64,000 nucleotides of DNA from contig CM126204.1 in the NCBI GenBank assembly GCA_052327205.1, positions 257,238,001 through 257,302,000 on the forward strand. Reading direction: 5' to 3'. The position numbers and the translations under genes are program-made. Positions 27,201-37,993 of this stretch are shown piece by piece. The notes under the pieces were generated by a model, which was not told the DNA's origin, made no database searches, and saw only the letters and a list, made by a program, of their open reading frames with translations. The DNA is from Somniosus microcephalus. Taxonomy: Eukaryota. How positions within the stretch are numbered: the stretch's first letter is position 1; each line of letters opens with the position of its first letter.

Positions 27201-29636
27201 TTCAATAATGAGTGTCCCAGCCTTATTTTTCTTCACTCAGCTCAGTTCTCAACAGCCTCTGGTGTTTATTACTTTTGATGATGGAGGGTGCTGGGTACCA
27301 AAGGCTAAGTGATGAAGAGATATAGTTTTGCATCCAGTCTAGCAAATATTGGACACATGTTGGGCCTAGTGCCCAAGTTACTGCATGAAGTTCCTCAAAA
27401 AACCTTTTTTAAACTTTGAATACAGGAGGGTGTAGTGTTTTTCTCCCACTAATATTTTCTTAATTTCTGCTTTCACTTTATTGGAATCTCTGTCTCTTCA
27501 GAATTCCCCAACTACTCGTACCTCTTTTTCCCACATGAAAAATGGTAATAAAAGTGTACTGAAGTGAAACTTTTTTGCTGTTTTTTTTAAACAGTACAGA
27601 CTATTTTGAATGCTTTCAACAGGTCCCGTTTGGTGCCACTGACTGTGCTCTCCCCATGTTGTGGGCTATTAAGACAAAAACTGTTGCAGATGTGTTCATT
27701 GTCTTTACCGATAATGAGACGTATTATGGAAATATCCATCCTGTAGAAGCCCTAAGAGAATACAGAAAGGTGAGAGAATTCAAAATGATCGTATAATGTA
27801 GCAATTTTTACAAGGCAGTTAAGGTTAGATTTGGGGAATTAAAAAAAAATTCTCAAATGTATGTAGCCTGCAGGATTGTTAGAAATGTGCTGTAGCTCCT
27901 CTCTCTAGGAATAGGAAGGTACCAGCGCCACTCCCCAGTCTGAGCTGAGTTGGCTGGTCTTGGCCAGGGCAGCAGTAGGTGGGTGCTGATTGGCTACAGC
28001 ACTACTGGATTCGGGAAGAACAAATCGACCAGGGTTCCTGTCCCTGATCACTAAATGGCAACTCCTGCTGGGAGCACATGTTCGATACTAGGCTAAGACA
28101 GGATTGGGCTTCCAGTTGTAATCCCACAACTGGATCACCTGCTGACACTTTTTTCCATCAAGCTCAACATGAATAATAGCCACTTGGATGAGGCACCTTA
28201 TGTGCTATGGGGTTGAAAAACTGTACCCCAGTACGGGAGTTAATGTCTTCAGGAGTAGGGATGGGGAATTGTCCAATAATGAAACCTTTTTGTATTTCCT
28301 ATTTATCCAATAAGAAATACATTTAATAGATAACAATTTCACACTTAGAAGATCACTAAAAAATGAGCTAGCATGAGGGCTCAGTGGGAAATGTACCAAC
28401 CAGTGTGCTACAGAGCCACCCTGACCAGGAGGACCTCCAGTTTGGTCCTCCATGCTAAGATCTTGGCCTGGGCAGAGATTGGGATGCTACAATTGTCTTC
28501 TGCTTCCCTGGCTACTTGGTGTATTAGCATAGTGCTGTGACAGTATTTGTGATTAGGACGAACCACTGCCTTGAGAAGAGGGGAGAAAGTTTAGGGGCGA
28601 GGGGAATAAGAGATGTCCCGCAGATATTAGCTGTGCATTGAAAAGAATACAAAGAATATTTCAGCTGTTCCTCTAGTTTCCTGGATTTTGCAGCTGTTTA
28701 CCATCATTTGCTAGTGTAAATGGCATGGAATTTTCAGAGTGTAAATCCCAGGTCTTAATTAAGGCTGTCAGTTAATTGTGATTCCAAACCAGTTGATGCA
28801 AGTCATTGTACTAAGATTACCAAATAATGTATTGGGCTGCCGGTAAATGTATGAACTAAGTTGAAGTAAATGCTGCATTATAAGAACATAATAATAGGAG
28901 CAGGAGTAGGCCATTTGGCCCCTCGAGCTTGCTCCGCCATTTAATGAGATCATGGCTGATTTGATCTGATTATTCACCTTCCAGACCTCCACCAGCATCA
29001 GCCCCGACTTTGGTGGCATAGCTGTATGGTCAGTGAGGCAGCACTTGTGTCTCTGAACACTCCAATAACCAACAAAAATGTTTGTTTTCACTGGTACCTC
29101 CAGGGACACTCCAACAGCAGTATAAATGCTACTTCTAGAGGCACAGGGCAACAGCCTTTCTGGCCATCAAGAGTGAGCAAGTTTCTGATAAGTCGTCTGA
29201 ACGAACCTTCCCCAACCATCCAGGAAGTCCAATCGTTGGAGAAATTGTGACCAAACAACTGTGTATGCAGAGTTGCTTGTTGTATTTGTACAGTGAATAC
29301 AGAAAGGGCAGTTCCATCGCAGCAGTAGCAGCCTCATGCTACATTAGATAAATATTTCCCAAATGGTTCTAAAATATAAACACAGCTGAGAGAATATGAA
29401 TAATAGCTATGTCTTGCTCAATTCTGATTATCTTCAACTGCCAGGAGTTTGTTACCTTGCTCTTTCTATTTTTATTGTTGCAGAAAATGGGCATTCCAGC
29501 CAAATTGATTGTCTGTGGATTGGCTTCTAATGGTTTCACCATTGCTGACCCGGATGACAAAGGCATGCTGGATATCTGTGGCTTTGACACTGGGGCTCTG
29601 GAAGTCATCCGAAACTTTGCATTAGACTTGATTTAA
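5686..29636 (+). CDS. RO60: RNA-binding protein RO60 (60 kDa SS-A/Ro, TROVE2), 541 aa, spliced
   Basis: join(5686-6271,15198-15418,16480-16626,22049-22186,22274-22393,26450-26563,27623-27769,29484-29636) = 1626 nt; all introns GT-AG and in phase; TROVE domain ([36 protein letters not shown]), vWA MIDAS (DISSS, TDC, TDNET), C-terminus GMLDICGFD...FALDLI. Confidence 0.97.
6503..7757 (+). mobile_element. 5' part of tRNA-headed LINE (degenerate copy of the 47890-51182 family)
   Basis: tRNA-like head (CATAGTGG...GAGTTCAAATCC), the same ~400-bp leader, then fragmented APE endonuclease ([29 protein letters not shown]). Confidence 0.85.
7758..8065 (+). mobile_element. Penelope-like element fragment
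   Basis: Terminal-repeat-like motif AAATACTCAGCAGG..CAGCATC..GAGAGAGAAACAGAGTTAACGTTTC followed by RT remnant SYACLFMG...FFRYINDC. Confidence 0.65.
8565..9275 (-). mobile_element. Non-autonomous Helitron
   Basis: On -: A|TCTATATAT 5' end, (CTGT)n microsatellite, 3' hairpin CCCTGGCAAAGCCGGG then CAGCTAG|T; no TSD; ends homologous to 56729-62541. Confidence 0.85.
10916..12133 (+). pseudogene. Harbinger DDE transposase (HARBI1-like), disrupted
   Basis: [31 protein letters not shown]; TGA at 11166-11168 and frameshifts near the start and near 11800. Confidence 0.9.
12378..14414 (-). pseudogene. Harbinger ORF2 Myb/SANT-like DNA-binding protein, spliced
   Basis: Predicted exons 14414-14151 (APKFDEASL...W...QCRKRFHDL), 13802-13643 ([15 protein letters not shown]), 13486-12378; GT-AG in phase; one in-frame TAA at 13032-13034. 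Confidence 0.8.
15198..15418 (+). CDS. RO60: RO60 coding exon 2
   Basis: ttccag| [16 protein letters not shown]...[13 protein letters not shown] |gtgagt. Confidence 0.95.
16480..16626 (+). CDS. RO60: RO60 coding exon 3
   Basis: tattag| [10 protein letters not shown]...LKNETVLKK |gtacct. Confidence 0.95.
16965..17099 (+). mobile_element. Deu-domain SINE fragment
   Basis: TAAACCGAGGCCCCGTCTG...GGTGGACGTAAAAGATTCCATGG...CAGATTATCTGGTC. Confidence 0.6.
17100..17610. mobile_element. Probable non-autonomous DNA transposon fragment (Harbinger-like)
   Basis: Begins GGATCGGATTTT, interrupts the Deu-SINE, has an AT-rich core and an internal 38-bp direct repeat; right TIR not found. Confidence 0.4.
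17950..18232 (-). mobile_element. CR1 3' tail fragment inserted in L2
   Basis: Reverse-complemented CR1 tail; ORF fragment [21 protein letters not shown]. Confidence 0.85.
19175..20514 (+). mobile_element. CR1-clade LINE, 5'-truncated RT
   Basis: [30 protein letters not shown], and CR1 tail. Confidence 0.92.
22049..22186 (+). CDS. RO60: RO60 coding exon 4
   Basis: ttctag| [27 protein letters not shown]...AFYKAFK |gtaatg. Confidence 0.95.
22274..22393 (+). CDS. RO60: RO60 coding exon 5
   Basis: ttatag| [19 protein letters not shown]...AAAMAM |gtaaga; preceded by an 87-bp intron. Confidence 0.95.
23043..25275 (-). mobile_element. L2-clade LINE, degenerate
   Basis: ORF 23961-24740 with [17 protein letters not shown]; L2 tail at 23043-23100. 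Confidence 0.85.
23572..23764 (+). mobile_element. Deu-domain SINE 3' part (preceded by a short hAT-like fragment at ~23427-23571)
   Basis: CAGATTATTTGGTCATTATC..GCTGTTTGTGGGAGCTTGCTGTGCGCAAATTGGCTGC, with L2-type tail GGCGCTATATAAATGCAAGTCTTTC. Confidence 0.75.
26008..26372 (-). mobile_element. tRNA-derived SINE
   Basis: On -: GTGGTAGCATTCCCGCCTCCGAGTCAGAAGG..GGGTTTGATCCC head; A-rich tail near 26010. Confidence 0.6.
26450..26563 (+). CDS. RO60: RO60 coding exon 6
   Basis: ttttag| [20 protein letters not shown]...AMHA |gtaatg. Confidence 0.93.
26630..26953. mobile_element. Tigger-like MITE, copy 2
   Basis: TA|CAGGAAACTTTGTGCTATCCGG...CCGGATAACACACAGTTTCCTG|TA. Confidence 0.88.
27623..27769 (+). 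CDS. RO60: RO60 coding exon 7
   Basis: caacag| [15 protein letters not shown]...VFTDNET...LREYRK |gtgaga. Confidence 0.95.
29484..29636 (+). CDS. RO60: RO60 last coding exon
   Basis: ttgcag| [12 protein letters not shown]...[16 protein letters not shown]...LDLI*. Confidence 0.95.
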   Translation, partial: KMGIPAKLIVCGLASNGFTIADPDDKGMLDICGFDTGALEVIRNFALDLI

Positions 29637-32600
29637 ATATTGGAAGAAAACACCACTGAATTGTTTAGTTAAAGATTAATTACTCATCAGGTTTCTAGGA
29701 CTGCTTGAATGGAAGACTCACATTATGGATTGCTAGTTTCTTGGTAGAGTGTCTGTTTGATTTAAGGAGAGACTGTAAATGGCATGACTGTAATTGGATT
29801 TTAAGACTGTTCTGCCACAGCAAATTATTTTAATTATAGTGTGCTTTTGGCTTTCCGCTGTCGAGGCATTTGTAACCTTAACTAGAAACATCCAAGTAGA
29901 GTGATGGTATAACCAAAGTTGTGCTCCTTTTTTTTTACAGTGGGTCTACATGAGACCACTTTGACAGTAAATAGGTTAAATGTAATAGTGAAGAACACTG
30001 TTTAATTGTATTTTTTTGTTGTGAACAGGCTGACGAGAATTACGATGTTTCAATCGTGGAAGTGGATTAAGTTTTCGAGGAGGATTAGGTCACAGGAATA
30101 TTCTAAGACAAGAAATTTTTCTAACACATTGTACTCTTTGTAATTCTTTTAATAGCTACTTCATGAAAACCCATGAAAGAAGCTGAAGTGGGCATTAAAG
30201 CAAGAGTGGGAATATAGTAAACTGGAGTTTATTATAGGTGGATTGTGCTGAATAAAGCAGACTTTTAAAGGCACATTTGTGAGTAAGTTTGTTACTATTT
30301 TAAAAAAGTTTCTAACTATTCAGATGTCAGACTTACAAAAGTCGGTTTTAAGTGGCACATCCCACAAAAAAATCTAATTATCGTTCAACGGCACTTTCTT
30401 TTGTTACAGGTCTTAGATTTTTGTAGATACTGTCAATGAGGGGCTGGAGATATGTAGAAGATGAATGTAACTCAATGAGATTAGGTTACCGATTAAATCT
30501 CGTTTTGCAGGAGTTACTGCAGTGTTGGCTTTGCTGATTGAAAGTAACAATTGGTCATTAAAGTAAACTGCCTCAAGTATTGATAGTCAATCTAGATACT
30601 TTTAAGTGTGGAATCCGTACCAAACATGTATGCGAGCCTGTATATAAGGCAAGCCATAGGTGCCACAGATCACTTTGCTGATCTGACCAAACTTCTTCTC
30701 AAAAATTATATGATTCCAACGTGATCTTATTTGAAAAGAATATATAAAAGAACAGTTAAGAATTATCCCCATGATGACACTTCAAAAATAAAAACTTTTG
30801 GTGGTGAACAATCCAGTTTTTGTCAGGAGTAATTATCTGGTGGTTTAAGAATGTGTAAGCTGTTGTGAGCATGTTGTATAGTGGGGATTCCAAAAATCAC
30901 TAGTGTTTTTGGAAGAACAGAATACTATATTGCAATGTTAGGTATGTAAATCAGAGGCAGAGGGGCTTGTATGGAGATGCTGAAATTTCCATATATTAAA
31001 AATGGGGGTGGGGAAGAATAAAATATATTAACCAGAATAAGCTTTGGATAACTTAAATCTATCAAAACATGACAAGCAGTTTCTTTTTAAACATAAAATT
31101 CGATTCTTGTACGATTATAAGCTATGTCATTAGCACCATTCCTTTTTGTGAACTCTCTTTTTTCTCTGCTCCCCTTCTAAATTCAGTTCCTGGTTCCCCC
31201 GCCCCCTCCAGTACCTCGCACAAGTGACCATTAGTCACGTGTAAATCTGAACAATGTGTGTTGGCGGGATGTTTGGGCGGCAGCATTAGAGGTAAGCTGG
31301 ATCCAGTCCTGATCTGATGTCTACACTTGCATAATTGTTGGAACATTTAGCGAGTAGCACCCTTGCAGTCACCCCAGCTAACAGAGCAAGACCACAGACC
31401 AAGCCTAGGATCTTCCTGGTCAGTATGAAACTTGCTGTGGTGTTGGTGCAGCCTCCTTTTGTGAATGCCCAAGAAGCTGTTAAACTGTAGGCGATATTTT
31501 ACTAGATTTTTTCTTTTGTTTTATTTTGCCCAAGACAATATAAATTTCACCTACTCTCTAGAAATGGAAAAGAATTGCAATGGAGGTTGTTAGGATAAAT
31601 GATCTGGAAGTCTTGTGTGGAGTCAGTCTCTTAGTAAGCCACTTATTAAGCTGGTAGGATTGACTGCCAATAGTTAATGAACTAGTTGGTGGTTGCTGGT
31701 GGCTGAAAGATGGTTTGGAGCCTCCTGTATTTGTAGACTGGTTGCTTTCTGCATGATGCACGGTTGCTGTGAAACCACGTTGTGAAAAGCATGATAACCT
31801 GTCCACTTAACTGGTTGATTCAGATCCATCAGAATGAGTGATATTGTCCTTTGTGTGATGTGCGTACAGAAAGGGGGATATGGCCAGACCTTTTAGCTGT
31901 CTGCATCTGATGTAATCTGCCCAAAGTACATTCCTCCACAGAAATATGACACAACAACATATTAAAATGTCAGTGGTAAATGTCATTTGGCAGATTGGGT
32001 CCAATGAGATGAAATGCAGCAGGTTATGAAAATGATCTTGTGAGCATGATGGCTAGGAAAGATAGAAATTTAATGAGAGTGGAAGTTGGAATAAAGAGCT
32101 CTACAATTAGGGCCTTGAAAGGTAGTGAAATGCCAGGATAGTACCGGTCTGTCAGACAAATGAAGCCTCATTTGGATTTTGTTGCACCATTAGGTAGAAT
32201 TAGTTAGATAGAAAACATTAGTAGTCATCGTTAATCAGGTTAACATCTGTTTTAGGGTAAAGAATTAGGGAGGAACAGAGCAAAATCTAAAATGGAGGGT
32301 TTCAAAAGATTGTCTGTAAATCAACTCCAGGCACGAGTCCATATTGTGTCAGTTATAGCTGCAGCAACACAACAGTGGACAACTTTGTGAATCAACAATT
32401 TGGGTCATTAGGCTGAACCTAGTCACAAAGGCTAGCGTTTAGCTTGCTAAGATTTTACAGTATTGTTTTTTGGTCTTGAGCTATGGCAATTTAATGAATG
32501 ATTGCTCAGATTTCACCTCCAAACTGAAGGACCAACTGGATAAAAACAATAATTAAAAACAAGAAAAATGGGAGTGGGCAGCAGCAGAGAAGGGCAGTCA

Positions 32601-33921
32601 TTAACAATACGAAAAGTCTACTTGTGACTACATTGATTTATGTAGCTTTTCAGCTGAACCGAAAGATCTTGATCCAATTATTATGGACTCATACATAAAA
32701 GTATATGCTATGTTCATGCTGTGTTCTATGCAAATACTCAGGTACTTGTGTGTTTAAAGCCTATGACCATTTAGTCAAGATCTTTACATTCATCTGCAAA
32801 AATTAAAATGTGACATTTGGGGATTTGGCTGCCTCCTGGACAATGTGATCATTTTCAGTGTTACAATCTGTGTTTGACTTTTGATTTGGCCATAAACAAC
32901 AACATCTTGCATTTATATAGCGCCTTTAACGTAGTAAAAACATCCCAAGGCGCTTCACAGGAGCGTTATCAGAATAACAGAAGCTGCACGTAATTTCTCG
33001 AAATTGAAAATTGTGCTTGTGGCACAAGCTGGTCTTGAACTCTGTCCACCTGTCCTACAATTCACTTTTACACTTGATACAAATCACTGGGGTTTCTGGT
33101 TTGTTTTTAATGGCTGCTCTGCTATCTTTATGGCAGTCAGTGATGTTCTATTTGATTTGTACAGATACACACAATAGCTATTTTAATTTATTCTTCCCTT
33201 TGTATTTCATATTTATTTGCATTCACTTTCAACAGATTGTATACAAACATTCCAAGCTCAAGTTCGCCTGCTTTTATTTGTCTTGCAGGTATCCCCATGC
33301 ACCATTTCAGTTTGCAGTTTTACAGCTTTTCCATTCCACATGTCTTTTGTTGGCTGCCTAATTTCTACTGAGCAAAATTACACTGCAGATAAATGCCTCT
33401 GTTTTCAAAATGACAGCGAAAAGGTTTCTGGAAATACAAATGCTATCCTGCGCTTTTGCAATATTTTGAATCTGACCAAAGAAGCAAGTAAAATATTAAA
33501 ATTCTTCATTTCCGGTTGCCACATCTGAACAACATAATATAAAACTGCCACTGTCTGGGGAGTTATTAACCAGTACGTAAAATAAAGTACAAGTTTGTCA
33601 ATGGTTCGACACTGACACGTCCGTCACTTTCACCTATTCTTTTGATATACAAGCGTGTTAATTATACCTCATCTTTTACACTGTCTTGCGTAGAAAATGT
33701 AACACTTTGTGAGATCGTGTAATTTGATCAAATCAGTTTAATGTTTGCAAGTAAAGTAACCTTTTTGTCTTTCTAGCTGATTTAAAATGAAGATCAATAC
33801 TAACCTTTTAAATATGACTGATCAAGTCATACAATTACTGTATTAAATAATGCTGGAGGAAAAACGGATTTTGTTTCGATTATAGATTTAATTTTGTCAC
33901 TTTTAAAATCTGTACCATGTA

Positions 33922-34258
33922 CAGGAAACTTTGTGTTATCTGGAGGCTAAATGCCCGGCAAGCTCAAGCCACCGGCAAAAATCAGGAGCCGTTTTGTTAG
34001 GTTTTTTTTCTTCTCGTGGCTTTTTTTTTCTTCTCGTGGCTTTTTTTTCAACAGTCAGGCTCTGCAAAGTCTCTCTGAAGCTGTTGCTAAGCGACAGAGA
34101 CGCTTCCAAGGTACGGCCGACTGTTTAGAAGCTGTTGCTAAGCAACAGTGTTTGTTGCCAGATACGGATGCTTCAACATTAACGCTGGAGTGTCCGGCAG
34201 TTTTGAGGGAACGGCAACAGCTCGGTCCCATCGGTGCCGGATAGCACAAAGTTTCCTG
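33922..34258. mobile_element. Tigger-like MITE, copy 3 (inverted relative to copy 2)
   Basis: TA|CAGGAAACTTTGTGTTATC...GATAGCACAAAGTTTCCTG|TA; internal sequence is close to the reverse complement of 26630-26953. Confidence 0.88.
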
Positions 34259-34628
34259 TAGATTGATTAAAACAGATATTGCTACTGGCAAGATTCTCAA
34301 CAAAACTATGCATTTGGAGCTAAAACTTGCTAAAGTCGTGTTCAACTTATTCTTGATATTGCAAATATATGTCTCACAGAACTTTGGATTTTTATCTGTC
34401 TCTGTGTACCTAACGGCAGAATCTACCAGGTAGCATTGGCAGTTTAAAACAGGTCACTGCTGTGTAATTTGTAGAGTTGCTCTTTCCATAGAGTTTGGAT
34501 GTTGCCACTTGAAAACACCATTTGTCAAACTAAATGTGATGATGCTGTACAAATATGAATGTTACTGTTAACTGCCTTTACATTAACTATACACATTCAA
34601 TTGTTTTTATATTCTTTAATTCAGTTGA

Positions 34629-34634
34629 AATAAA
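34629..34634 (+). terminator. Candidate distal poly(A) signal of RO60
   Basis: AATAAA after an AU-rich, UTR-like stretch and followed by a U/GU-rich tract at 34674-34690; other AATAAA hexamers lie upstream. Confidence 0.4.
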
Positions 34635-34749
34635 GTGCTAGTAAAAACACTTAGTGCTGTGACATTTAATGCCTTTTTTGTTGTTTTTTTCTCTCCATCA
34701 CGCAACACTACTTGAGCAGCTGCACAGGCAGGTCACTAGCTCCTAGGCT

Positions 34750-34755
34750 TTTATT
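34750..34755 (-). terminator. Candidate poly(A) signal of GLRX2
   Basis: TTTATT on + (AATAAA on -), about 270 nt past the GLRX2 stop. Confidence 0.45.
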
Positions 34756-35026
34756 ATTACTTCTCTGCAACCTAGGAAGTCCATGAAAGTGGTCAATGTG
34801 ACTTTGGAGGGGTATAAGCTCTTCGTTCCTCATGGGCAAAGTGACCGACCTCCATACTGAGGGCAGAAAAATAGGAAGTTTAATTTGCTTTTATAATTCA
34901 AATCTGTTTATGATTAATCACTTGATTTTAGAATAAATCTTGCTAATCAGTCCAACTGGATGCATTTTAATTTGCTAGTTTATTCCACAAGTAATGGTGA
35001 GCTAGGAATGATGCTTCTGTTTGGTA

Positions 35027-35167
35027 TCAAAGAAGAATGCAGGCTCCTTCCATGGCGGAGTTTGAACCACACTCATTCACCATGTCCAGTAGTCTACCCT
35101 TGGAATGGAGTAGAACAGTGTCTGAACCGCCACCAATGCACGTCCCGTTTATAAACACTTTTGGAAC
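35027..35167 (-). CDS. GLRX2: Glutaredoxin-2, last exon (not in the ORF track)
   Basis: cag| VPKVFINGTCIGGGSDTVLLHSKGRLLDMVNECGSNSAMEGACILL*; cis-Pro (T)VP and GGxD motifs; in phase with exon 43617-43441; RO60-GLRX2 adjacency is known from human. Confidence 0.92.
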   Translation of the reverse strand, partial: VPKVFINGTCIGGGSDTVLLHSKGRLLDMVNECGSNSAMEGACILL

Positions 35168-35966
35168 CTGTATAGGAAAATAAAAACTATTAGTAATTTG
35201 GATTGCTGATTAATGCTGTGCATTTTAAAAAAGTTACATCTTTGTTTTCTCCTCTAATCTGAATTGCATCACGTACTTTGTCTAAAGGGACAAAAGGCTT
35301 GTGTGAATGCTGTTGATAACAAGTAACTAAAGCATATGTGAAAAAAGCTCTCCAACTTTCCCTGTAAGGAAGTGTTTGTCCTTATTCTCTCTCTCTGGAT
35401 GTGTCCCTCTCCTTCCCTGGCTACATCACTGCTGAAGTTGGAGTTAGTTCTGCAGAGACTGGCTTCTGGACATTTGCATATTGGGTTTTTTCTCTGCTCC
35501 TTTATTTTCATTTTCCATAAAATGGTATATAGACAAGGTAAACTGAATATTACCTTAAATTAAGCCAGGAAAGTGGGACCAGAGGATGTCAATTTAAATT
35601 AGTGTGAAAAATAGATTAGAACTGATCTTAAAAGGAACTTCTATACTCTGTGATAAATGTTTAGAATAACTTTCCTGGTAGTATAGATAAGAACATTAGG
35701 GATGGTCAAAATAAACCTTGATGTTATAATGGGAGAGTTAAGGTATATGGAGGGGTGAGCTCTGAATCACCCAATGATGACCTTATCTTAAGTTCTGAAA
35801 GTAATGATTCTTCTAGTGAATGAATACTTGAAGTGAACTAAACATGCTGGATAAGTGCACCATAAAGACCAAAAAGGACTCAAGCTTGATCCTTGGTCTA
35901 TGCTGTTCGCTGAACCACTGCACTGAGCCATTACATTGTCAGCATCTCTGTACGAGAGTCTAACCA

Positions 35967-36662
35967 CTGCCCTTGACATTCAATGGCATTACCATCGCTG
36001 AATCTCCCACCATCAACATCCTGGGGGTCACCATAGACCAGAAACTTAACTGGACCAGCCACATAAAGACTGTGGCAACAAGAGCAGGTCAGAGGCTAGG
36101 TATTCTGCAGCGAGTGTCTCACCTCCTGACTCCCCAAAGCCTTTCTACCATCTACAAGGTACAAGTAAGGAGTGTGATGGAATACTCTCCACTTGCCTGG
36201 ATGAGTGCAGCTCCAACAACACTCAAGAAGCTCGACACCATACAAGACAAAGTAGCCTGCTTGATTGGCACCCCATCCACCACCTTAAATATTCACTCCC
36301 TCCACCACCGACGTACTGTGGCTGCAGTGCGTACCATCTACAAGCTGCACTGCAACAACTCGCCAAGGCTTCTTCGGCACATCTAAACCCGCGACCTCTT
36401 CCACCTAGAAGGACAAAGGCAGCAGGCGCATGGGAACACCACCACCTCCAAGTCACACACCATCCTGACTTAGAAGTATATCGCCGATCCTTCATTGTCG
36501 CTGGGTCAAAATCCTGGAATTCCCTACCTAACAGCACTGTGGGAGTACCTTCACCACATGGACTGCAGTGGTTCAAGAAGGCGGCGGTGAGCAATTAGGG
36601 ATGGGCAATAAATACTGGCCTTACCAGTGACGCCCACATCCCATAAACGAATTTTAAAAAAA
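35967..36662 (+). mobile_element. 3' fragment of the tRNA-headed LINE family
   Basis: ORF 35973-36386 is nearly identical to the C-terminus of 47965-49854; same tail GCAATTAGGGATGGGC...GACGCCCACATCCC. Confidence 0.9.
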
Positions 36663-37316
36663 GTCATAAACTACAAGATTGATTTGCTAGTCATCTTAAT
36701 CCAAAATTTGGATTATATCCTGCAAAATATTGTTATGGTTCCATTGAGGGCAACCAATTCTTTTGATATTGGAGACTAAAGTAGATCCAAATGATATACG
36801 GAACATCACACAATGATACTGTGTAATTAGTCTAGATTTTTAAAGAAAGGACGCATGCTAAGTTGAGTAAAGTAAATTCTAAATATTTTCAATAACAGAA
36901 ATCCTGGTTAAAGCAAAGAATTGAACGGACAAGATTAAGATGGATATTGATTTTCTTTGAGGCTACTTATCTTCGAAATTCTTTCCCTCATTTCTTCCCT
37001 CGATCTCTCGGTCACCTGTAACCACTAAGATCGACAGCTAACCTCCTCCCGGACTCATCAAATACTGTTCTGTATTGACCACTAAGGGGCATGCAAGAGC
37101 AGTTTGGGAATGACTAACTGTTCACCCCTCTCTGTGGGGAAGGAGCCTTGCTGGCACCTCCCTAAAGTTCTTCAGCTAAGATTGGGAGCTCAGCAGAATG
37201 GCTCTCAGACCTGTGCCTCCTTGACTTGTGCCACCAAGTTGCTTTTAGACACCGTTAGATATGTAATGTATATTTCCTTCATAAATGGTGACCCAATTGT
37301 AATGCACCATGGAGAG

Positions 37317-37571
37317 TGTAAAGTCTGTGGGTTGTGCAGTTAATAAATACACAGACTTCAGAAGTAACAAACAAACAGGTCTTTACTATTCGAAGGTCCG
37401 GGCGAATCTGCCCCAGAAATCCTGCTACAACACTTATATACTGGTGTGGTCACTATCGGTATTACAGTATACAGAAGCCAAACAAATAGTGCCACACCTA
37501 AAGTAGTTCCCTTAAAGGTGAACGGTTACATTCAATAGTTCCCTTAAAGGTAGACGGGTACATACACTACA
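37317..37571 (-). repeat. 3' LTR
   Basis: Direct repeat of 42234-42488. Confidence 0.95.
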
Positions 37572-37993
37572 ATCCTCCCTTTTTAGCTTATTACTTAGAG
37601 TCCCTGTTAAACATACATATCTTCAACTTCCTATAAAACAAATTACAGCTATAATCTCGGTGGAGTCAATGTCATATAAAACAATTTACAAATATAATCT
37701 CGGTGGAAACAGTTCACAGGTTCCGTCTCTGCGGAAACAGTTCATAGATTCAGTCTCTGATCTTGACTCGTTCCGAACAACATTTCTTTGGGGTAGCCGG
37801 TTCACCTGGCTAGCGTGACTCCTCCATAGCCTTTTTCTTGACATAGCAGCTTGAACTTTCGTCCTGTTGAACCAGCAGTGCGGACTTTGACAACCAACTG
37901 GCTGTCTTGACATTTACCAGTTTTTCAACTAATTTAGCTCCTTTCGTAATGTCCCGCCTGGAATGGTAGAAGTGCTAATATTTTAGACAGTTA

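Noticed and set aside
4100-35000. Y RNA gene near RO60 (as in bacterial Ro60 loci)
   Set aside because: No GGCTGGTCCG...ACTAGCC stem with a poly-T terminator seen; vertebrate Y RNAs are not known to be linked to RO60. A covariance-model search would be definitive.
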